From sequence record DRR723986_4789: a stretch of DNA of 64,000 nucleotides. One strand, given 5' to 3'. The notes beneath the pieces are model-generated. The model saw nothing but the letters and a program-made list of their open reading frames with translations. It did not search any database and had not been told where the DNA came from. Shown piece by piece: positions 57,401 to 64,000 of the stretch. The translations under genes and the position numbers were made by a program. Within the stretch, counting starts at the first letter, position 1, and every line of letters begins with the position of its first letter.

Positions 57401-58775
57401 GGTCAGCGATCCGAATGGACTGAACCTCACGGCTGCGGGAACGGTCGGGCTGCAGAAACCCAATCCGATTGCTCTAACCCTGAATGGCAACGTGCCGACG
57501 GCAGCTCTCAGACGCCCCATGATCGAGGCAGGTTTGCGCGGTGAAGGCACAATCGCCCTGAGCGGCAATGTCGGCGGTTCGGCGGCAGCCCCCACTTACC
57601 AGATCACCGCTACGCCCAACGGTTTGAAGATCACCAGCCTGTCGACAGGTATCACTGTTCAGAACATTCGCGGCACGGCTTCTGTCAGCCAGAACGAAGC
57701 GTCGCTGAACGGCATTGCCGGTGACCTTGCGACGGGCGGCTCCATGTCTGCGTCAGGTACTGTTGGCATGAAGGACGGTTTTCCGGCGGATCTCAGCCTG
57801 AAACTGGACAATGGGCGCTACGTCGATCCTGGCCTGGTGACTGCGGAAGTGGATGCGGATCTCAAGGTTTCCGGTCCGCTTGCTTCCACCAGCGCATCTG
57901 CCCTTATCAGCGGGCAGGTATCGATCAACAAGGCGGACGTCTCAATTCCCGAGTATCTGCCCGGTGCGATACCTCCCGTTGATGTTCGGCATATCAATGC
58001 TTCCAAGGCGATCCAGCAGCAGGTTGCAGAACTTGGTGGCGAAGTCTCCCAAACACAGACCCAGCAAAAGACCTTCCCGCCGCGTCTGGACATCATCCTG
58101 TCCGCACCGGGACGGATCTTCATTCGCGGTCGTGGTCTTGATGCGGAACTACAGGGCGATCTCAAGATCGTCGGCACAACGGCCTCGCCGCAGGCAATCG
58201 GTGCTTTCGGACTGAAGCGTGGCCAGCTCGACATTCTCACACGCCGCCTGATCTTCTCTCGCGGCAACGCCACTTTCGAGGGCTCACTGACGCCTGTCCT
58301 CGACTTTGCGGCAACGACAGTCGTGAGCGACACCACCATCACCGTTACCGTGAGCGGCGAGGCAGACGATCCCCAGATCGCGTTCTCCTCGTCCCCCGAA
58401 CTTCCGCAAGATGAAGTTCTGGCACTGCTTCTGTTCGGCAAGAGCGTCGGCAACCTGTCGCCCACACAGGTGGCACGGCTTGCGGCGGCCATAGCCACGC
58501 TCACCGGGGGCAGCGACAACGGACCGCTTGCCACGATCCGGAAATCTCTGGGCCTGGATGCCATCGACATCAACACGGACGGGGACAACGGCCCTTCTGT
58601 CGCTGTCGGCAAATACATCAATGACAACATCTACGTCGGCGTTGAACAAGGCACGGGTACCGGTTCCAGCCGGGTGAAGGTCGACATTGATCTGGACCGC
58701 GGACTGAAGGTCCGTGGTGAAGTCGGTGCGGACGGATCTTCTAAGGCCGGTATCTTTTTTGAACGCGAGTATTGA
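54429..58775 (+). CDS. tamB: Translocation and assembly module TamB
   Basis: N-terminal TM anchor, long beta-repeat body, DUF490-type C-terminus (SSPELPQDEVLA.LLFG...GKYI...FEREY); 5 bp after tamA. Confidence 0.93.
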   Translation: MRFLKLSLRIFGFLIAVAIAVPVLALCALQVPAGRTFVSSVVSTLASSDNQTITIEDLYISFGLKAEVGKVSLADKEGTWLNVENIAADWHPMRLLAGNLDISSLTASRIDLERTPVQPPAEEVAATEESSSSGGVSLPFNVTLERLGLDEINLGAPLLGVPVSLTAAGSGSFALDPALVTADLDLHRIDGIEAGLVAKAQFEPAAETLAFDIEVSEPRGGLAARLLEVPDLPALDLSLKGDGPLTDWAANLSVALDGRTTVTGSAKIEENASERHLAFDLDGDLAPLAPPAAQAFLLGTTNAKGAARFSTEFAPLSANLTLKTQTLSLEAKADLENDAVNATADLAVSAGNDALIALDLGERRIAFGPLTGTVRVSGQRSSVDWQTKIDLKSLQTTEARTGAITLSSFGNGADLSEGTLTSPFSLSLAIDRLEGITPQTEPLTGSLELKATGAVNGSTQSAEIKDLTLSTAVASLALSDTNLSADAVNGSGRLSLADLSRLSGLAGRDLAGALNGTFSLDLDPSQLSGTITSALVTRDVGTAVPQADALLEGETRIDVSVDLQGVDDISVTSLAVTNKALDAKGNARYRQNELSSSLTTSLTDLAKVDPQLAGSLELEASTEGPIDALEVQAVASSKQIMLAGTPLDDLKLSAEATANPAAPTAKITSSASLNGQPIAVDVELTSKDGGASVSPLSVKLAGNTVTGELSLTDLDKPVETLKGTLNIDAPDLASLSPLLLTEIAGRIQGTVTANPETRQLALDVTGSDISVPAVSLGSVKLKANLTAPYEPETVTADIQLSDILTDATPVHAVSLQAQPQNGGTAITADVKLDKNGKDGVTLAAQVNEPEAGSYVVALSELAMRYQGIASQLKQPTTISYAAGEATIEPLELQLGNGSLAVSGKAGETLDLNANLTSIPLNLANAFVPSLGLGGALSGKVSATGSSSAPEATWSISGTGLTANELRNNGLAALSLSTSGTLKDNRIDQTTKVSDPNGLNLTAAGTVGLQKPNPIALTLNGNVPTAALRRPMIEAGLRGEGTIALSGNVGGSAAAPTYQITATPNGLKITSLSTGITVQNIRGTASVSQNEASLNGIAGDLATGGSMSASGTVGMKDGFPADLSLKLDNGRYVDPGLVTAEVDADLKVSGPLASTSASALISGQVSINKADVSIPEYLPGAIPPVDVRHINASKAIQQQVAELGGEVSQTQTQQKTFPPRLDIILSAPGRIFIRGRGLDAELQGDLKIVGTTASPQAIGAFGLKRGQLDILTRRLIFSRGNATFEGSLTPVLDFAATTVVSDTTITVTVSGEADDPQIAFSSSPELPQDEVLALLLFGKSVGNLSPTQVARLAAAIATLTGGSDNGPLATIRKSLGLDAIDINTDGDNGPSVAVGKYINDNIYVGVEQGTGTGSSRVKVDIDLDRGLKVRGEVGADGSSKAGIFFEREY

Positions 58776-58972
58776 GCCCACTCCCGTTCCCGGCAAATCT
58801 GACAGGGGCGAAGCGTGTAGCCGCCGCTGGAAACCGCGATTGCGACAAATTGCCCGCCAACGGTTGCGGTGCACTCGTGTCTCGTGCGAGTGTGCCCGCC
58901 ATGACCAAACAATTTATGAGAAATACTCCGTCCCATCCGGAGGAAACCGTTTTTTCGGTGACGGAGACAGCC

Positions 58973-59344
58973 GTGAATGACGGGGGTGCAATCATGTCGG
59001 TGAACAGCAGTGACTACACTCTGGGTGAACGGATCTGCAAGGCGCGCGATGCCTCCAATCTTTCGACCGCCCAGCTTGCACGTCGGCTGGGCATCAAGAC
59101 ATCCACCCTGCAGAGCTGGGAAAGCGACCGGTCCGAGCCGCGTTCCAACAAGCTCGTTTTGCTTGCCGGTATCTTGAATGTAAGCCCGACGTGGCTGCTG
59201 GTTGGCCGGGGGACACCGCCGGTTTCGGAAAGCAGCACGACCTCCGATCTCGACAGCATGCGTGTTGCCCTCGACAGGGTTCAACGCCAGGCTCAGGCAC
59301 TTGCCGACGAGATTGCCACGCTACAGGATCGTCTTGAAGGCTGA
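58973..59344 (+). CDS. XRE-family HTH regulator with C-terminal coiled coil (start GTG 58973 or ATG 58994)
   Basis: LGERI..AR...QLARRLGI....QSWESDRSEPR...LNVSPTWLL.G.G. Confidence 0.9.
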   Translation: MNDGGAIMSVNSSDYTLGERICKARDASNLSTAQLARRLGIKTSTLQSWESDRSEPRSNKLVLLAGILNVSPTWLLVGRGTPPVSESSTTSDLDSMRVALDRVQRQAQALADEIATLQDRLEG

Positions 59345-59375
59345 TCCATTTCGCTGACCGACCAATCTTCTTGTG

Positions 59376-59404
59376 ACGGCCGCCAATAAAAAGGTGGCCG
59401 TTTT
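59376..59404 (+). terminator. Terminator after the XRE gene
   Basis: ACGGCCGCC-loop-GGTGGCCGT followed by TTT. Confidence 0.6.
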
Positions 59405-59770
59405 CAATCGCTTGATTTGCTTGGCTCAAAATTCTGCAAAGCAAGGGGACTGGCGTCCTTCGGCGCAGACGTTAAGTGGATCATCCGCATCCCCGCCCCT
59501 ATTGGGTCGCCAGACCGTGGCCTGACTGCTTGTTTGTCTGCCTACTATTTTCCGGCACAGTACGCTTGGCCGGGAAAAGCGCTTGCCAGACCTCGCGTCT
59601 CCCCCCTATCTCTAGGTCAACGATTTCCTGGCCGGAATCGAGCGAAGGCCCGAAAGCTGGACCCACCAGCCTTTCTGGCTCCGCCCCTCGCGTTCGTCAG
59701 AATGCACTCTCTGCCGGGCGATCCGTCAGACCACCAGCGTCTGCCCCTCTCACGGTTCAGGAAACTACCC

Positions 59771-61228
59771 ATGTCATTGAATGCTGCACTCTTGAAGGAA
59801 AAAGTGTTTATCGGCGGAGCATGGAGCGACGCGGACAGCGGACAGACCGTCGCCGTAACCAACCCTGCGACCGGAGAGACGATCGGAACCGTTCCCTTCT
59901 GCGGGCGTCCTGAAACCGCAAGGGCGATTGCGGCTGCCGAGGCCGCGCTTCCCGCCTGGAAAGCGTTGACGGCAGAGGCGCGGGCCAACCACATGCACGC
60001 TCTCTGCGATGCCATCATGGCCGACCTTGACGACCTGGCCGCCCTCCTGACCACGGAAATGGGCAAGCCGCTTGCAGAAGCCAAAGGCGAGATCGCGCTT
60101 GGAGTGAAATATATCCGTTTCTTTGCCGAGGAAGGCAAACGGGTTTATGGCGACACCATCCCCTCGCCGTGGGCAGACCGCCGCATTCTGGTGACCAAAG
60201 AACCTGTCGGGGTCGTCGGCTCGATCACTCCCTGGAATTTTCCGAATTCGATGATTGCCCGCAAGCTCGGCGCAGCCCTGGCCTCTGGTTGCACGATGGT
60301 GATGAAGCCTGCAGAATTCACCCCTTATTCAGCGCTGGTCTACGGCGTGATGGCGGAAAAGGCCGGTCTTCCCAAGGGCGTGATCAACATCATCACAGGT
60401 GACGCTCCGGCGATTGGCGAGGAGATGTGCGAGAACCCCGTCCTGCGGAAACTGACGTTCACCGGTTCAACCCGAGTCGGCAAGCTGCTGGCCGGGAATG
60501 CTGGCCGCAACATGAAGAAGATCTCCATGGAGCTCGGCGGCAACGCACCCTTTATCGTTTTCGACGATGCCGACCTCGACAAGGCCGTCGAAGGGGCAAT
60601 CGCCAGCAAGTTCCGCAACTCCGGACAGACCTGTGTCTGTGCCAACAGGCTCTATGTGCAGGCAGGCGTCTACGACGCTTTTGCCCAGAAGCTTAAGGAC
60701 GCGATGGCAGCGCAGCTGAAGGTCGGCAACGGTCTTGAAGCCGGAACGACCCAAGGCCCGCTGATCAACGAAGCTGCTGTCGAAAAGGTCGCCGATCACG
60801 TGCAGGATGCGCTGTCCAAGGGTGGTGAATTGATTGTAGGCGGACACCGCCCCAACGGCCCGGGAACGTTTTTCGAGCCGACACTGATCACCAAGGCGAC
60901 GTCCGAGATGAAAGTAGCGCGCGAAGAAACCTTTGGCCCACTTGCCGTTCTGTTCAGGTTCGACACCGAAGAAGAAGCGGTGCGACTTGCCAATGACACC
61001 GAATTCGGTCTCGCCTGCTACTTCTATACCAAGGATCTTGGCCGCACCTTCCGCGTCATGGAACAGCTTCAGTATGGTCTTGTCGGGGTCAACGAAGGTG
61101 TCATTACGACGGAGGTTGCTCCCTTTGGCGGCGTCAAGGACAGCGGCATGGGCAACGAAGGCTCGAAGTACGGTCTGGACGATTATCTGAACGTGAAATA
61201 CAGCTGCATCGGCGGCCTCGGCATGTAA
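59771..61228 (+). CDS. gabD: NAD(P)-dependent succinate-semialdehyde dehydrogenase
   Basis: ITPWNFP, FTGST.VG, MELGGNAPF, KFRNSGQTCVC, EETFGP, PFGGVK.SG; AGGA RBS. Confidence 0.92.
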   Translation: MSLNAALLKEKVFIGGAWSDADSGQTVAVTNPATGETIGTVPFCGRPETARAIAAAEAALPAWKALTAEARANHMHALCDAIMADLDDLAALLTTEMGKPLAEAKGEIALGVKYIRFFAEEGKRVYGDTIPSPWADRRILVTKEPVGVVGSITPWNFPNSMIARKLGAALASGCTMVMKPAEFTPYSALVYGVMAEKAGLPKGVINIITGDAPAIGEEMCENPVLRKLTFTGSTRVGKLLAGNAGRNMKKISMELGGNAPFIVFDDADLDKAVEGAIASKFRNSGQTCVCANRLYVQAGVYDAFAQKLKDAMAAQLKVGNGLEAGTTQGPLINEAAVEKVADHVQDALSKGGELIVGGHRPNGPGTFFEPTLITKATSEMKVAREETFGPLAVLFRFDTEEEAVRLANDTEFGLACYFYTKDLGRTFRVMEQLQYGLVGVNEGVITTEVAPFGGVKDSGMGNEGSKYGLDDYLNVKYSCIGGLGM

Positions 61229-61235
61229 TTGCCTT

Positions 61236-61262
61236 TGCGTCCCGGCCCAACGCCGGGACGCA
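61236..61262. terminator. Hairpin between convergent gabD and EAL gene
   Basis: TGCGTCCCGGC-CCAAC-GCCGGGACGCA, 11-bp stem. Confidence 0.7.
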
Positions 61263-64000
61263 TTACGCTGCGTTGAGCAGTGTCGACTGGAGATTGGCGG
61301 AACTCATGGGGCGCCCGAAAAGATAGCCCTGACCGTACTTGCAGCCCAGTTCACGAAGCCGCTCAGCCTGTTCAACGGTTTCGATGCCCTCGACGATGAC
61401 GGACATTCCATAGCCCTTCGCCATATGCAGAACTGCCTCGATTACGGAGATGTCCTGTTTGCTGGCGATCGACTGGCGAACAAATGTCTTGTCGAGCTTG
61501 ATCTTCGAGAACGGATATTTGGGCAGGTAGCCGAGTGAAGAATAGCCGGTCCCGAAGTCGTCCAGTGAGAAGCTGCAGCCGAACGCCCGCATTTCTTCCA
61601 TGGCAAACTTCAGGTCGAGCGTTTCATCGATGAACAGGGATTCCGTGATCTCGAGATCCAAGCGGTCCGAAGGGAAGCCGGTTCGTTGCAGCGCCTCGCC
61701 GACAGTGGCAACAAGATTGCCGCGGCTGAACTGTATGGCTGACACATTGATGGACAGACGAAGGTGGCTCGACCAGGTCAGCGCTTCCTTCATTCCCCTG
61801 TTCAATGCCCAGGCCCCCAATTCAACGATATAACCGTTCTCCTCGGCAATCGGGACAAACTCGGCGGGCGAGATCGGCCCCAGTTCCCGATGGTCCCATC
61901 GCAGCAACGCTTCAACGCCGAAGATCGACCGGTCGGCCAGATTGGTGAGTGGCTGATAGACCATGTGCAGCTCGTCGCGGACGATAGCCTTGAAGAGTTC
62001 CGTCTCCAGTTGGCGCCGGCGCTGTAGCGCTGCGTCCATCTCCGGCAGAAAACGCAGGACCGGCGACCGGTTGTTTCGCCGGACCTTGGCAAGGGCATTG
62101 CCGGATTTCTTCAAAAGATGCTCGGGTGTCATGTCTCCGCTGGTAACGATGTACCCGAACTTGAGCTGCACCGAGATTCTGGCGCCTTCGATCTTGTAGT
62201 CCTCGCCGATCACTTCCTGGAGCGACTCGATCAGCGCCAGATCCTGATCCGGCTCACAGCGAAATACGCCTGCAAAAACATCTGCTGTAATGGCTGCCCA
62301 TGTCGTGCGAGCGGAAAGATGGCTTTTCAGACGCATCGCGACCGTTTCACGAAGCTGGTCACCGTAGGAAAATCCGAGCGAAGCAACGATCTGATCGAAA
62401 TTGGCAATTGCGAACTGAACCAGACATACTTCCTGGCCCGTGCCGCGAGCCAGCTTAAGCGTTGCGGCAACTTCTTCTTCAAAACCGTTCCGGTTGAAAA
62501 GCCCGGTGCTTGGATCGAACCGTGCGAGATAAGCAAGGCGTTCCGCGGATTCCTTTTCTTCCGTCACATCCCGACATGTCAGACAGGCGACCGCTTCGAT
62601 TTCCATATCGCGCAGTTTTTTCGTTTTCGCGATCGTGCGTTCAGAGCGCGTGACGACATATTCGATAAACCGGCGTCTACCATCGTCCAGGCGCATGTCC
62701 AGGATCTTGGTTACAGGCTGACGGTTTCCGGTGTCGGCAAGCACTGACAGAGCTTCCTCAACCAGTTCCAGCGGCAGTACATTCCTGGCAGGCTTACCGA
62801 CAAGAGCATCGCTTTGGAACAATGAGCGGGCCATTTGGCTTGCAGCGGAGACACGACCGTCATTCTGAACGACAACGATTGCATCAAAGCTGTCGTCGAA
62901 GACAAGTCCGAGCATACGCTCGCTGTTGCGGCGCCTGACGTTGGCGATGTGTGAGAGAAGCTTGTGAAAGCCCAGTTCCCGCAAGACGATGCTTGCGGCA
63001 GCCAACAGCAGAATGAAATGCGAACTTGCGGTCGGCACAAGGACGGGAGCCGACTTCTGGATGGCAATGGCACCAATTTCAAACATTAGCGCGCAGAGCG
63101 CCAGAATGCTGATCTTGAGGGCCCAGCCTTCGATTTTCGTCAGAAGCAGAGCGAAGAAAACAAGAAGTGCCCACAGGACCGCGATCCCCTCACCCCTGAC
63201 TTCCATTGCCCTATTCTGCAACAGCGTTTCGGCCCCGAGTGCCTGAATTATACTTCCCGGCAAGACATCGTAGACGGGAACAGGAAACAGGTCTCGAAGC
63301 TCCTGCGCACTTGCACCGACGATCACCTTCTTGTCCAGAAACAGACCTGGGGCCGCTGACTTGTTCAGGACATCAACAAGCGATACCCGCTCCATCTGTT
63401 CCAGTGAGATGCTGTAATCAATGCCGAAACTTCCGGCTGCGTCTCCGGTGTACTCGCCCAGGAGAGCCGCGGCAGAGATCTCCGAATTCCCATTGATCTC
63501 GAAACCGTACAGATTTCGCCAGATGCGGCTGTCGGTTTCCATCGGAACCATGACGACGACCGGCCAGGCTACATTCAGAAACTGTTCGATCGGCTGGTTG
63601 ACGACTTGCCCGGCATCCTGTTCAGCCGAAGCAGCTTGCAGGAACGTGGCAAGGCTGACGTTCCCGGCGCGCTCGATCGCGGCTGCAAACAGCGTGTCAT
63701 CTTCAGGATTGGAAGTTGAGCTGAAATCGATGTCGAATACGATGTCGCGGGCGCCCGCTTCAGCCAGATGATCTGTCAGGTCGGCATAAAGACGGCGCGG
63801 CAATGGCCATACGCCAAGTTCATTCAGGCTTCTGGCATCGATATCCACGACCACGATGTCGCCGGAGACCGGTCTTTCGATCGTATGGAAACGAAACTCC
63901 CAGAGAAACCGATCGAACGCCGTGGTCAGGGCAACCGTGCGCAGAACAGCCACGGCGGCGATCACGCCGACCACGATCAAGACCGCGCTCGCTATCCGTT
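61263..64000 (-). CDS. CHASE2-PAS-GGDEF(degenerate)-EAL protein (5' end off window)
   Basis: CHASE2 (IVVVDID..SL..LG.WP.PR, FDIDF), 3 TM helices, TADVF in place of GGDEF, intact EAL and DDFGTGYSS. Confidence 0.92.
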   Translation of the reverse strand, partial: RIASAVLIVVGVIAAVAVLRTVALTTAFDRFLWEFRFHTIERPVSGDIVVVDIDARSLNELGVWPLPRRLYADLTDHLAEAGARDIVFDIDFSSTSNPEDDTLFAAAIERAGNVSLATFLQAASAEQDAGQVVNQPIEQFLNVAWPVVVMVPMETDSRIWRNLYGFEINGNSEISAAALLGEYTGDAAGSFGIDYSISLEQMERVSLVDVLNKSAAPGLFLDKKVIVGASAQELRDLFPVPVYDVLPGSIIQALGAETLLQNRAMEVRGEGIAVLWALLVFFALLLTKIEGWALKISILALCALMFEIGAIAIQKSAPVLVPTASSHFILLLAAASIVLRELGFHKLLSHIANVRRRNSERMLGLVFDDSFDAIVVVQNDGRVSAASQMARSLFQSDALVGKPARNVLPLELVEEALSVLADTGNRQPVTKILDMRLDDGRRRFIEYVVTRSERTIAKTKKLRDMEIEAVACLTCRDVTEEKESAERLAYLARFDPSTGLFNRNGFEEEVAATLKLARGTGQEVCLVQFAIANFDQIVASLGFSYGDQLRETVAMRLKSHLSARTTWAAITADVFAGVFRCEPDQDLALIESLQEVIGEDYKIEGARISVQLKFGYIVTSGDMTPEHLLKKSGNALAKVRRNNRSPVLRFLPEMDAALQRRRQLETELFKAIVRDELHMVYQPLTNLADRSIFGVEALLRWDHRELGPISPAEFVPIAEENGYIVELGAWALNRGMKEALTWSSHLRLSINVSAIQFSRGNLVATVGEALQRTGFPSDRLDLEITESLFIDETLDLKFAMEEMRAFGCSFSLDDFGTGYSSLGYLPKYPFSKIKLDKTFVRQSIASKQDISVIEAVLHMAKGYGMSVIVEGIETVEQAERLRELGCKYGQGYLFGRPMSSANLQSTLLNAA

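Noticed and set aside
1-64000. CRISPR arrays, IS elements, prophage, tRNA/rRNA, defence systems
   Set aside because: None seen by eye; nearly all sequence is accounted for by recognisable CDSs and short intergenic regions.

Overview
High-GC chromosomal segment of an alphaproteobacterium (Hyphomicrobiales). Gene content and synteny suggest a Roseibium/Labrenzia-like marine organism; this is inference only. There are about 45 CDSs and no tRNA, rRNA, CRISPR, transposase, integrase or prophage. From left to right: two tandem, diverged NUDIX+PiT phosphate-transporter cassettes (the first PiT runs off the window and is missing from the ORF track); a nitrilase-family hydrolase; an aminotransferase-hom-glpX-recJ operon; a degenerate 7TM-GGDEF protein; phaC; a PAS-GAF-GGDEF-EAL protein; speB; a CDF transporter; guaD; an MFS/MerR pair; a MATE transporter; rplM-rpsI; a PaaI thioesterase; a secreted GH-like orphan; an SpNox-like flavocytochrome; a divergent homocysteine-methyltransferase/MttB pair; a ~17 kb capsule-lipid locus; folD; tamAB; an XRE regulator; gabD; and a partial CHASE2-EAL gene. 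The capsule-lipid locus holds a single-module highly reducing PKS, an alpha-oxoamine synthase, an SDR, a half-degenerate KpsC, two KpsS, a Wza/KpsD-like exporter and an AGE epimerase. The best candidates for under-described systems are: (1) the PKS/AOS/SDR trio with an unusual beta-Kdo transferase set, which may build a sphingoid-like capsule anchor; (2) the duplicated NUDIX-PiT modules under a palindrome-covered promoter; (3) the methyltransferase pair with Arg-rich tails. All calls come from motif reading; no database searches were run.
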